Source: Antedon mediterranea
Lineage: Eukaryota; Animalia; Echinodermata
Direction: 5' to 3'
NCBI RefSeq assembly: GCF_964355755.1
Contig: NC_092679.1
Coordinates: forward strand, 92,201 to 156,200
DNA length: 64,000 nucleotides
How positions within the stretch are numbered: the first letter of the stretch is position 1; each line of letters opens with the position of its first letter. Below the pieces are notes generated by a model. It was not told the DNA's origin. It made no database searches and worked only from the letters and a program-made list of their open reading frames with translations. A program made the translations under genes and the position numbers. This document shows, piece by piece, positions 34,022 through 47,031 of this stretch.

Positions 34022-34909
34022 TAAAGCCATCCTCTCGGCTTTGAGTTTCATTGATTGATATAGTAGAGGCTATATATGGTTTGACCTTGAAAAAAATCTA
34101 ATAAAAGGTCTTTTGGTATTTTCTTGTAGCTTTAGGTGTCAATAATTACCAAAAAATTTTTGCAGCCTTCTAGTTGCTGCGTTAGTGAGATATTGAGGGT
34201 CAAAGGTCAGTGACCTTTTTGTGGCATTTGATGGCTCATAACTCCTCAACTCCTGGGTTTAAAAAGACAAATGTGGTTTCTACATCTATGTTTTAGTGGT
34301 CAAACAACAAAATAAAGTTTTTTCAAATTTCGGGTTACTTGTGCCATTGGTCAGATAGTCGGGTCAAAGGTCATTGACCTTTATTCATTAATAACTACTG
34401 CTAGTGTAGGACCTGAGTAAGATTTGTATGCATTCAATTTAGGAGAGAATATCTCAACTGTTATAGGATAATTTGACCCCAAGGAACAACATGGGATATG
34501 TGTCAAATTCATTATCTGGGGCGAACATGCCCAAAATTGGGGTCAAGGGTTAGAAATGTGTGGTTCTTATATCTCGACAACCACTTGTCATACAGATTTG
34601 CTTTTGGTGTCAAATTGTTCAGAATATACATATTTATATTCGGTCTAACACAACTTTTACCCAAAAAAATGACCGGAAATGCTTTTACTGACCTTTGACC
34701 AAAAAACACATTTTCGGGTTAAATTATTATTTAAAATGTCAATGGACACACTTTGCTACCCAACTTGTATTTAATTATGTGATGTTATTTTTGGAAAATA
34801 TGCATATTTTATTAAATTTAGACAAAAATGAGTATAAATTAATGTAAGTTTATTTTGGGTGAAATAATTCTAGCGTTGTAATGAAATATTTGGTATAAAA
34901 AAGGAAAGA

Positions 34910-35960
34910 CTTAATTGTAGTTTATTAAGTTCTTTATTTGGTAGACCAAACAAAATGGCATTGCAGTAGTCTAACCGTGATGTTATTAGTGCATGGACAA
35001 GTTTAATAAGCGAGGAGTGGGTTAAGGATTTGCGAATTGATCTTATGTTACGAAGGTGGTAGGTATCAGATTTACTAATGTTGTTGATATGTCTGGACAT
35101 AATCGTTGCTGAGTCAAATACAACTCCGATGTATCTAACCTCCAACGATGATGTGATTGATGTTTCTAGCAATGGCCAATTTCTTGAAGTGTTTTGAATG
35201 AAGAAATAAGATTTCTGTTTTACCAGGTTAAAAAGAGCATGTTTTTAGTTAGCCAATCCTGAACAGAACATCAACAACACAAGCTTCGATAACCGACTTC
35301 GCCTCATTAAACTCTGCTGGATTAAAGCTGATGTACAGTTGTGTATCATCTGCGTACACATGATATTGGACACAATGTCTCTTAATGATATCACTCATGG
35401 GCGAGATGTAAACTAAAAACAATACTGAACCCAGTATTGATCCTTGAGGAACACCGCATTTCAGGTCGATAGGTGGATTTGACATTACCAATCTGGACCT
35501 GCTGCTTCCTATAGAAGACAAATATGACTTGAACCAATTTAGAGCAGATCCACGGATACCAATAGACGAGAGTCTTGCAATAAGAATGGAATAGTCCATG
35601 GTATCAGAAGCTGCCGACAGGTCGAGGTACACAGAAAAAAGACAATTACCTTTATCCAGAGCTAAAATAATATCATTATGCACCTTGAGAATGGCTGAAT
35701 CTGTACTGTGGTGCTGGTTGAAGAGGGTCGAACAGATTATTGTCGTCAAGAAAATGTATGAGATCTAAAGCAACGCATTTCTCAAGGATCAATTAGATAA
35801 GAAAGTGACATTAGAAATAGAATGAAAATTTGCCATGCAAGTATGATCCAGTGAAGGCTTCTTTAAAATAAATGTAACTAGACCCAACTTCAAATCATCA
35901 GGAAAGGTCGTACCAGTTGATAAAGATAAATTAATAATAATTCTAAATACTGAAGTCAAT
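34910..35960 (-). mobile_element. Degenerate CR1/L2-clade LINE reverse transcriptase fragment
   Basis: HSTDSAILKVHNDI, YLDLSAASDT, GVPQGSILGSVLF, YADDTQLY, then after frame breaks SRLDYCNAILFGLP. Contains stops and frameshifts. Confidence 0.9.
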
Positions 35961-36120
35961 TATGCAAATTTTCCATAAAGTTATATTCCTAATTAAAAAT
36001 TTTCGATACAAGTTGGGTAGCAATGGGTAGCATATTGTATATGCTTCCATTTTATACCATACAGTGTGTCCATTGACATTTTAAAGAATAATTTAACCCG
36101 AAAATGTGTTTTTTTTGTCA

Positions 36121-37530
36121 TTTTTTCGATCAACCAGCATCGGCCAATAGCTTAAGATCTGCATGGCAACTTGTCAAACAACTCTCAGGGAAGAGATCTC
36201 AAAGTACCTGCATCATGGGAGAGGATCGTCTTCTAGCATGGAAAACTCACTTCCACAAACTACTATCGGTGAAGACTTCAGTGGTAGATGACATGGATAT
36301 CTGCAAAATCTTCAACTTCAACCACCAGATAAGCTCCGAGAAGTTCTCCGAGGCTGAGGTGTCAATTGCCTGCAAACAGATGAAATCTGGCAAAGCACCT
36401 GGTCTTGACGGTCTTCCCATCGAAATATGGAAATTACCTGGCACCCAGAAAGCTCTCACTTCTTTCTGCAATCAAACTCTTGACGGAAACAGGCCATCAG
36501 AATGGGGAATTTTTGGGATCGTTCCTATCCCGAAAAAAGGTGATCTTTCAAAACCAGATAACTACAGGGGTATTTCATTATCACAATTGGCTGCAAAGAT
36601 CTACAATCGTCTGATTTTAAATAGGATACGTCCTGTGATTAATGAAGATCTACTCCCCAACCAGAATGGCTTTCGTCAGGCACGATCAACAACTACGCAC
36701 ATTCTTGCACTGAGGAGAATTGTTGAAGAGGTAAGAACCATCACAAGGAGGCAGTCATTATCTTTATTGACTTTCGCAAAGCCTTTGATTCCATCAATCG
36801 CAACATCATGATGAAGATCCTCTTAGCATACGGCATCCCTCATAAAATTGTAGAAGCCATCAGAGTAATGTATATCAATACATCAGCAGTTGTCCTGACT
36901 CCAGATGGTGAGACTGATTGCTTCAACATCAACTCTGGCGTAACTCTGGCGTACTTCAAGGAGACCCTCTTGCTCCATTCTTGTTTATTGTCTGCCTTGA
37001 CTACGCAATGCGATCAGCAACTACATCATCAGACGGTCTCAACCTCCACCGTAGGCGTAGTAGAAGACATCCAGCTGAAGTACTACCAGACCTGGACTTT
37101 GCCGATGACATCGCCATTCTTGAAGATTCCATACATGCTGCCAAAAATCTACTGCACAGAATTCAACAAGCCACACAAGGTATAGGTTTATACTTAAACA
37201 TCAAGAAGACCCAATTCATACATTTAAACCCCTCATCACCTTCTATAACTCTCGCACTGGATGGATCAGCAATAGAACATCATTCAAAGACGTCACATGG
37301 GCCTGGCCGGTCATGTTATGAGAAGCTCTAAGCCTGCCTCAAGAGTTCTCCTTTGGGAACCAGAAGAGAAAAGGAAGGTGGGAAGACCTCAACTGACTTG
37401 GCTTGACATTCTGTTGAAAGATACCAAACTAGACCTGAGTGAACTGAGAAAGAGCATGCTTGATAGAGATGTGTGGAGACAAATTATCATGGCACCCACT
37501 TAATAGTGGGATGACATTAAGTAAGTAAGT
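36121..37530 (+). mobile_element. 5'-truncated RTE-clade LINE (frameshifted RT)
   Basis: KAPGLDG, PIPKKGDLSKPDNYRGISL, QNGFRQARST, GVLQGDPLAPFLF, DFADD, LAGHVMR..KRKVGRP.LTW. (TAAG)n tail at ~37518-37530; approximate TSD TTTTGTCA / TTTGGTCA. Confidence 0.9.
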
Positions 37531-38490
37531 TTGGTCAAAGGTCAGTAAAAGCATTTCCGGTCATTTTTTGGGGTAAAAGTTGTGTTAGACTGAATATAAA
37601 TATGTATATTCTGAGCAATTTGACACCAAAAGCAAATCTGTATGACAAGTGGTTGTCGAGATATAAGAACCACACATTTCTAACCTTTGACCCCGATTTG
37701 GGCATGTTCGCCCCAGATAGCAAATTTGGCACATATCTTATGTTGTTCCTTGGGGTCTAATTATCCTATAACAGTTGAGATATTCTCTCCTAAATTGAAT
37801 GCATACAAATCTTACCCAGGTCCTAGACTAGCAGTAGTTATTAATGAATAAAAGTCAATGACCTTTGACCCGACTATCTGACCAATGGCACAAGTAACCC
37901 GAAATTTGCAAAAACTTTATTTTGTTGTTTGACCACTAAAACATAGATGTAGACACCACATTTCTCTTTTTAAACCCAGGAGTTGAGGAGTTATGAGCCA
38001 TCAAATGCCACAAAAAGGTCACTGACCTTTGACCCTCAATATCTCACTAACGCAGCAACTAGAAGGCTGCAAAAATTTTTCGGTATTTATTCACACCTAA
38101 AGCTACAAGAAAATACCAAAAGACCTTTTATTAGAATTTTTTCAAGGTTACATAGGATAAATGTCACATATAGCCTGTACTAATATTGTTATTGATGTTT
38201 TATTATGTCTTGGAAAAAGAAAGAATAATTCAGAATGGATAGATAACTCAGTAATATATTTGTACTCATTATACATGATTAATTTAACAGCATATTTTAA
38301 ATATTGATCGCTTAAGATTCAGTATATTATATTCAATAAGCAAAATGCAATGGCAATAGAACATTACGCGACTAATATATTATGGAACATTTAAATATAT
38401 AATTTGTTGTGTATAGCACTGCAGGGTTTACCCATATGTCAGAAAGACTTCCCTTTCCCACTCGTATGGAATACGTGGGCTCGCATGAAA

Positions 38491-41400
38491 TTACAACGTT
38501 TGGTACAATGTTGGAAGTGATGGTCTCGGAGAACTTCGTCTTCGTCCGGCTTTTAATTTCCTAGGTGAATAAAGTCTATCACTATCAAATTGGTCTCGTT
38601 CTTCCCCAGTTTTAGGAGCTCTTTGTCCCGTGAAAGGCCTTTGTAGTTGTAACTTACGTGAATTCAAATCTCTTAATTTCTCACGAGAACTCGAACTATT
38701 TTCTAAGTTATCCTTCTCATCGTCAGCATCATCATTACAACTACATTCATCGTGACTACTCCCTAAACTTTCCCGTCTTGTATGTTTTGGTGATATTACC
38801 TGTCGAGGACTATTTCTACCACCAACGCTAATTCTTTGTACACCATTATCAGACCCATTACCCACACATTTCCCGTCTTTACTTGTGTTTTCTAATTTTC
38901 TACCATCAGTTTCAGAACCGCTAAGATCAGATGAATAACCACTTGCCCCTGGGGCAACTTTCTTTCTAATTGTTGGAAATGAGTTTCTACGTGACGCTGA
39001 ACGGGATCGTTCTTTGCCTTTAGCTCTAGATGCACCAGTACTTAATGACGAAGTCGCTAAACTACTTCTAGGGTAGTTCATTCTAGTAACATCTCCTCCA
39101 GACATTCGCCGTCGTCTGAACGTCCCTCTTGCAAGAGCACAGTGTGTGTCACTATCACTGTCTTTATTTTCGGAGCTAGTAGCAGGGATTTCGTGGACTG
39201 TAACCGATCCTTTGATTGTGTTTAACGTGTCTGTACTAATGTTGTTACCATTTAATAATACTGACGTCAGATCCGTTTGAAAGCAATCCAATAAGTTTTG
39301 CCAAACCTAGAGAAAATTGATTTGATTGTAACTGAATAGATGAATAGGTCTAAATATAATTGAGTTATTGGGAAATAACTTTATTAAATCATTATTAAAT
39401 AACCGTTAATTTGATTAAATCGTACGGTGATTGTAAGAAGTGAAGAACGGTAACGGAAACAAAACCTTGTCTGAAATGTTAAATTTGAGTATAGGCCTAT
39501 AGGCCTATAGCCTACTTTGTTTTTAAAATTGCTCAGAAATATTGGATTGTCCAATGCGTCAAATCGCAAAAGTTCTGTCGTCGTATAGCAGTTTATATAG
39601 AATTTGGTATTTAAAATTACTCATTGATTCTTGCTGGAATTATTTTGCAAACTTGGTTGGGGATTGTTTTTAATCGATATCGCATATTGTTGCTCTAGGC
39701 CTACTGAAAATAATCAGGAAAAAATGATATCGGTTATTGTGACATGAGATTTGATGACACGTCATTGACGTAACTTACCAGCCCTCCTTCTTCCGATATA
39801 CCAGTTCCTTCTAAATCAATTATTTGTAATGTTTTACATGCTGCTGCGGCCACAGCAAACACCCCAGCACCGTAGTCACCAAGTGTGTTATAATCAAGGC
39901 CCAGGTGACGCAATGATGACCTCACCGCGATGGCCGTCGCCAAATGTGCCCATCCCACATTTGTAACTGCATTATTTGCGCTCAACACCAACTCTCTCAA
40001 ACCTACAGAAACAGAATAATAGAACAGTTTGTAATTGTCTTCTAAGGTTGACCAAGGAGAGTGTAATTTCACTCTTCCCTGACAGCATTTAAACTATTTC
40101 AATTCAAACAATAATTTGATTAAAATAAGAAGGACAAAATTCCGAAAAAGCAAAGCTTGTATAAGGCAGCCCATAAAACTAAAAAAAAAAAAGAAAACAG
40201 AACAACACGTGAACCGGAAACAGGACAAAAAAATGAAATGAAGACTTTATTTCTACTTTTACGTGAACACAAATCTTAATGCAATGTCATCATCCGAAAT
40301 GAGTTAATTCACATTGTTTGCTAAAAAATCACATTAAATGACTCAACATTATCGATATGCAGTATCATATTGTCATTTAACAGAAGCAAATTAAGACCTC
40401 GTGATAAAACCGCTCTCCGAATCAATTTCGAGGAGCATTAAAGCATTAACAGCAATCACACTGTCTCCTCGCATGGATAAACATGTATTTATTCAGCTTG
40501 TGTAATGTTCGTTAAAAAAGATGAATCATCCATCAACTTACCTGGTCTAGCGCCGTTGCCTGGCAACATTCGACAAATTAAACGTATGCCTTCGTCGCCT
40601 AGGTTACAGTCTCCGAGATCGAGGGTGCGTATTCCAGGATGAAGACATAATGAGTCTATAAGTAATGTTAAACCTTTATCGCCTAACGGAGTACCATGAA
40701 GGCTAAAAGATTAAATTGAGATAAACGAAATGTAATTAATCAAACGTCTTAAATGTTTTTGGGTTTTAAGAATGACAATCCATATTTTGAAAAGAAATCT
40801 TGAATCGCAGTTACACACTAGAGTCAAACCGTCGATATTAACATTGCCTTATAAATTAGTTAGCTGCCACACGATTGTTTTACAATCATGATTCGTCACC
40901 TATAGGCGATCAGTGACGCGTTAATGAATTTGTTGACGTTCTTTACAACGCAGAATCGAGACATTGGATGCATTATAATACTTTTATACAGTATATTAGT
41001 TCATTTGAAATTTTAACTTGTTATATAATTTATTAAAATATTTATAAAAGATTATATTCGATAATATTGAAATGGTATTAAAGAGTCTTAATTTTCGAAC
41101 TATATTTCATACGATTTGTATGTTGGCCTAGGCCTACAACCTGTTGTAACGTCATCATAATATGTTATATACTTATAAGATGCTATACTATAGTTACGAA
41201 CTCAGTTTAATTCGTTTCGAGGAGAGAAATATAGAAAGACGTACGAAATTGATCAAAATATGCGTAGGCCTACGTAAGCCAAGAATACAGCATTTCTTTT
41301 CCGCGACTGTATTTTGGTCTATTACGTTCATCTACTTCTTACACTGAAGATTACTGTATATTTAAGTTGTTCGTGTATTATGAACGATAACATTATCTGA

Positions 41401-41733
41401 CATTTGTCATCCAGACTGAAGGCCCATTATATGGAGGAAAATATAATTGTTTAATACTTACTGTAAAGATGTAAGTGACCTGTTTTTATTAAGTGCAAGC
41501 GCTAACATCTTAACTCGTTCAAGATCGCATACGACACCAAGATTTAGGTTAAGTTGAGCAACTGTTTTACATTCTGCTAAAGCCTGCATCATTTTTCTGA
41601 AATCTTTATCTCCGACTTGACATCCACTTAGGGATAAAAGACGAACAGAATGTGACCGGAGTGAATCGCATATATCCCTTACTTCTGAAACGGACAGAGA
41701 TTTACCTGATAACTGAACAGATCCCAACAACAT
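38491..41733 (-). CDS. LRRC73: Leucine-rich repeat-containing protein 73, 4 coding exons, ~490 aa
   Basis: Exons (minus): 41733-41462, 40702-40542, 40002-39779, 39306-38491 (1473 nt). Translation MLLGSVQLSG..EVRDICDSL..RLLSL..AQLNLNLGVV..LHGTPLGD..LDLGDCNLGDE..GLRELVLSAN..LDYNTLGD..IDLEGTG closely resembles vertebrate LRRC73 as recalled. A likely upstream non-coding exon has its donor at ~42360. Confidence 0.9.
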
Positions 41734-43019
41734 CTTGATTCTAGTCTACAAAATGTCCACTCAACTCAATATTTTAATCCTATAAAATATAATGAAGTTA
41801 TAAACATAAATCCAAAACAACAGATCTTAAATTATTAAGCTTACTTTCTTTTCTGTGATTTATTTTTAGTTGGAAATTGAAAGCATATGCCTATACTTGT
41901 GATAATAATAATAATAATAATTAATTGTCGATGATCAGCAGCATATTCAAAAGTATCATGAACGTAGTTCGGAATGTTTATTTTACTTAAACTGGATTAC
42001 TGAATTTTAGCATTTTAACATTAATGTGTGGTGAGATACTGTATTGAAATAAAATATGCATGTTTGATTAATCTATAAAAAAAAGGAATATTTTGTAACT
42101 CTGGAAGTTGTTGGCATAATACGGGTAGTGATCTTCAGGACAGACCTACACAAAACAACACTACGAATAACATTATTCATAAGTTATAACCATTCAGACA
42201 GCAATATTTCGCAATATTATTGACAACGTGCGCTTACTATATACTAGGTTTATTATTTAACCACTAGAATACCTCATTATTTATATCTTTCGTCTGTACA
42301 ATATCGATCACGCATGAGATATCCATAACATGCTGCTCATCTAAAGTAATATAACTTACCTTTTGCCTGAACGACGAATGTGAATAATTATCATCTGTTG
42401 TGAAACATCACTGACAATGATAAGTCAAAGCTACAAAGCTATATTTAAGCGCGGTTCATGGGACGCAGAAGGCCTTCCTAGTGAGCTTTTCATCGGTCTA
42501 TAATTATCATCTATTCCACGTTAAATTTCTCCTCCACCCTATTCTCACGTCAGTGAAATAAGCTTAATGCGCATGTGTAGACATAATGATTAAGAAGTAA
42601 TTTCCGTCGTCATCGTGTTTCTCATCACGAAGTAAACGCACAGAGAGCGTGACAATACCGTGAATACATCTTTCTATTAGTTGATTGTAGGTATGTTATT
42701 AATATTAATGAGTCAATATTGTGCTGTTCTGCTGCTATTATCGAACAATTCTTGTATAAGGTATAGCATTTAATGTGTTGATCGATAAATCAACGGACGT
42801 GCTCTTCTATATTCATCAAATTTATCTTGTGAATATTGTTCACTCTCTCTTATACTAATATATGCTGTATATTGTAGCCTTAATTCGTTGTATGCAGTAT
42901 CAATGCATTGAACTTCTTCATATTGTTGTTACATGAACATCTTCCATCGTCCTCGTCATTGGCAACATTAATAGCAGTTCAAAATTGCCATCGACTTACT
43001 CAACGAGTTATAGTATTAT

Positions 43020-43220
43020 TGTCAGTATCATCATCATCATCACCAACCATAATCATCACTAAGCGTCATCATCATCATCACTATCTCATCATTTCATTAA
43101 CGTCATCATCACCCGTCATCATCATCATCATTATCACCAATCATCATCACCATCATCATCATTTCATTAACGTCATCATCACCAACCGTCGTCATCATCA
43201 TCATAACTTCACCACCATCC
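43020..43220. repeat. Degenerate (CAT)n low-complexity tract
   Basis: ATCATCATC/CACCATC runs between LRRC73 and IkB. Confidence 0.85.
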
Positions 43221-43889
43221 TCCAAATGGCATGTTCAATACCAGGCTATGATTATCCTTATACTATAGTACTAGGGTGCCAACAGATTGAATTACAGTTC
43301 AATTTTTTTTATTTCAACCAAAAAGAAACACTCACGATCTTTTGTAGCTCGTAGTAGGCCATAAATTCGTCGTCAATCCTTTACGATGCATTTAGACATT
43401 GACACTTGTATGGGTTTTTTAATTCAATATACTATAGCAATAGAGGGCGAGCTATATCCTGTAGTCTATCATGTGGTAAATTTGGGGTTTTGTAAGTGGA
43501 TATTTTTTTCTATATAAGTCCTACTTAAAATGTTTACAACTGATTGTTAAACAAAGTTCAATAACTCATTCAACTCCGTCTCGTTGCTAATTAGGCCTAA
43601 TAATTATTAAATTGATGGAAAATGACAGTGAGAAATGTGATGAACTGCTTATTCAATTCCAAATTGCATATGGCAGCTGGTCTGGTAATGCACATATTAC
43701 GTTACAATATACATGTTATTTTTAAATGCATTGAATTTTCAAGAAAAGTTTATAAATTATAATTATAATTGTTTGTTTGTCCTGTGAGATCCAGAAAAAT
43801 TTATATTTCTTTTACTTTTTTAAAATCATTTTTTTTCCTTCATTACTTTTATAAAATATTACAACTTTACCATGCAATAATTCGCAATT

Positions 43890-44015
43890 TTAGGCCAATA
43901 TAAAAACGAAACCGAGGCTTGGGGAATCCCCATAATTGCGAGTACCAATTGGTTGAGTGGGTCATGTGACTATTATTGGCTAATCAACGCTTTCAAAATT
44001 GTAGGGATTCCCCTA
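43890..44015 (+). promoter_or_regulatory. IkB proximal promoter with two NF-kB sites and CCAAT boxes
   Basis: GGGGAATCCCC (43921-43931) and GGGATTCCCC (44004-44013); CCAAT/ATTGG at ~43894, ~43945 and ~43975; 170-260 bp upstream of the ATG. Confidence 0.8.
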
Positions 44016-44184
44016 GCTTTTTATTGATCGTCGTGTCGTACATAGGAAGCAGATGCCAAGTCATCACTTATTTTGTTGAAACCTACACTAGTACCCAGCC
44101 AGTCAGCTTGATCTAACTGTAAATTGTGAATTTCAGAAAATTTATTGTTGTCAATACACAGTAAATTAGACTGTGATACCAAAT

Positions 44185-46788
44185 ATGTCTACCATTATGC
44201 CGGGACTTGTATGTAACCTTCCAACAAGCACATCAGACAACACAGAACAATCCCGAAAGCTAGGCCTAGGCCAAGAAGAAGGAAGGCCGAACTCGTCAGC
44301 GGGCCTAGCACACGATTCAATGGGAATGAACGGGCAATTTCGCAAAGAATTTGGGAATTTGAAGGTGCCTGTAGACGATTGTAGATATGATTCAGGAATA
44401 GACTCATTCAAACAAAGTGATCTGCAAGCATTGCAGGACGAAGCAGAATATGAACAGAATGAACAATTTGTGAGTAATAATAGTACGATTGTGGCAGAAC
44501 AATTTAGAGATCTGAACATAAATGACGAAGATGAAGTACCGGTGGGCCAGCACCAGTACCAATGCACAATAGATGAGGACGGTGGCTATGAAGATGTTGA
44601 TGATGCACGTTGTTGCTCTATGTCAGTCTGTCACTGTTTAACGCCAGATGCATTCAACCAAGATGAAGAAGGCGATACGTAAGTCAACGTTTTATTAGTT
44701 TATTTTCAGCAGCATTCTTTTTAAATGCCTGTTTTTGTCATTTTATTTGCCAAAAAAAAATGTCTTTTTTTTAATCTAACTTTCATTTAATTAAACAATT
44801 TAATGTCATTTCACAGAAATGGAAGTGTAATTGCATTTTTAAAATGTGGGTTTTCATTTAAAAGAGTGTTAAAAAGAACCATTGATGGGGATTTATGAAG
44901 AATTTAATTTAGTTTTCATTGATTGAAATGACAAATTAACCATTTTGATTAATAATTAAAACATCTTTTTCATCAGTTATTTTATAAGTAACATTTTTGT
45001 TTTTTAAACCCCCATTTGTTTGTATTTTGTAGGCTCCTCTCACTTTTAATGCAAAATGCTATTTAAAAAAAAAAAGGATTTTTTTTGTGTCTTTTTTCAT
45101 CTTTTGTTGTAAAACATGACATTTAGTAATTTTAAGAAATTGTATAAAGGGCGTCAATATTAACGTAAGAATTGACTCTAATTTTACATATGGAATTTTG
45201 ATGGGGATTCCCATGCTTTTGTTGCAGTTCACAAACATGTTTATTAATAGATGACCTTGAGTCACTTTGTGCCAATCTCAGCAGATAACATAATTGTATG
45301 TTGTAGATAGTTAATAGTTTCAGTATCTGTTATTAATTATACAATACATGACACATTTGTATATAATTGAAATTATGATAAAAGGTTACATTTGAAAAAT
45401 TTATTTCATAATCTTCAAAAAAAAAAATTAATGTTGCTTTGATATTTGTTTTTTAGACCACTTCATTCAAGCATAATTTACAACAGTCCACAGTATGCTC
45501 ACAAGTTTATCTCCTGTTCACCATGTGTTGAGTATCTCAGCATCCAAAATAAACTAAGACAGGTATTTAAGTATTTTTTGCTTTTAATTAAATTTTTTCG
45601 GGTAAATAATTATTTTTTTTAGATCCAGCTTTTGGTCAATGTGACATTAAAATAACATATTCAACAAAAAAAATTGAAAAAAAAATTTGTTAGGGGGACA
45701 ATATATCTTTACTTACAGTACTGTACTAGTTTGCAGATACCACATTTTACATTAGTAGTAATTTCTAATGTTGTTATTTGTGATTGATAGACACCGATGC
45801 ACCTATCAGTAATCATGAATCAAGATGAGATTGTAAGACAGTTGGTGGTTTCTGGAGCAAATCTGGAGATACAAGATCAAAGCGGACAAACTGCTTTACA
45901 CTTAGCATGTAAATATGACAACTTAAAGTTGGTTCAGACACTTACTCAACCAATTACAGATCAAGAAAGATATAAGTGGCCTGGAAGATTTCTGGAACAA
46001 CCAATTCCTCAAAACTTAGAACTTCAAAATTTTGAAGGTGATTGTTTTAATTTTTGTTAATTTGTAGTAAATACATAAAGTGACTTCTTCCGTTAACAAT
46101 AGTGAACGACAAATCTTTTCTCAATACAGACTTTTTTAGGGGATTTTTATTTGGAAATTTTTGTTGGAATTTTTCTTTCAAAATCTCATGAAATTGTGAT
46201 TCCATTGTTGTTGAAGTTGGCTCTTTGCCAATGAATACAATATACATAAGGGAATTCCCATGCATTAGTTGCCCATTTAAATTTAGGAGTTACAGTTATT
46301 GAAATTTAATAGTTAGTGGTGTAAGGAAGTGAAGATTCTAACAGTTCAACAACCTTCTATTTTTAACAGAAAAAAATTAACAATTTAAGAAAAGTATTAT
46401 TCACATTTTAAATTCTGTTAAAATTGTTTTTGTAGGATATACCTGCTTGCATTTGGCATCATTCGGTGGTAACAGTGAAATACTGCAATATTTAGTTGAT
46501 CTTGGCTGTGATGTGAATGCAAGAGATGGTAAAAGTGGTAGAACAGCCTTACATCATGCTATCGAACAAGGAAAGACAGACCTTATTAAGTTTCTTGTAC
46601 ATACGCTTAATGCAGACGTTGATGTCTTGACCTTTGACCACTGTACGCCACTGCATTTAGCTGTTAGCAGAAAATTTGGAGAAGCAATAGCGGTGTTGAT
46701 GGATGCAAATGCAGACCGTTCAATTGCAAATAGTGAGGGACTCAAAGCAGATCAACTTCACTCGTACAAATCAACATTTTGTAATTGA
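44185..46788 (+). CDS. NF-kappa-B inhibitor (IkB/cactus; IkB-alpha/epsilon-like), 4 exons, ~399 aa
   Basis: Exons 44185-44678, 45457-45562, 45791-46037, 46436-46788 (1200 nt; the ATG could alternatively be 44197). RYDSGIDS IKK/beta-TrCP degron. Six ankyrin repeats: DEEGDTPLH, NKLRQTPMH, DQSGQTALH, NFEGYTCLH, DGKSGRTALH, TFDHCTPLH. Confidence 0.95.
45203..45212. promoter_or_regulatory. NF-kB site in IkB intron 1
   Basis: GGGGATTCCC matches the GGGRNWYYCC consensus. Confidence 0.6.
46250..46259. promoter_or_regulatory. Palindromic NF-kB site in IkB intron 3
   Basis: GGGAATTCCC, a perfect palindromic kB consensus within very AT-rich intron sequence. Confidence 0.6.
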
Positions 46789-47031
46789 AGTAATATCAGT
46801 GATTATTCAGAAACTTTAATGACTTAACTGGTCTGCAGTAAACTTAGCATGTGGCTCAATGCAACTAGTACTGATGTAAATAACAAAACTTTTCTCTCTA
46901 AATGTGTTTGTCTCTTATGAAGAAGAAAAAGTTGCAGTAAAACTTTTCACTACAATTTGTATACATAATTTGTATACATAATTTGTATACATAAAATAGC
47001 AAGTTTATATCTTTTGTTGCATTCTACAATA

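Larger units (their letters stand above)
34066..38177. mobile_element. Large fold-back DNA element (~700-bp inverted arms) carrying two nested LINE fragments
   Basis: Left arm ~34066-34770 is the reverse complement of 36007-36120 plus 37530-38177. The ORF-track artefact pairs 34498/37535 translate to the same peptide on opposite strands. The right end GCCTG|TA suggests a TA-flanked terminus. Confidence 0.85.

Noticed and set aside
34498-37732. Matching ORFs at 34498+ and 37535- as duplicated genes
   Set aside because: They are the two inverted arms of one non-coding fold-back element.
39600-39710. Possible additional LRRC73 exon
   Set aside because: No frame gives LRR-like sequence with valid splice sites; exon 3 joins 39306 in frame.
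42908-43354. 148-aa His/Ile-rich ORF
   Set aside because: Translation of a degenerate (CAT)n tract; TTG start and no domain.
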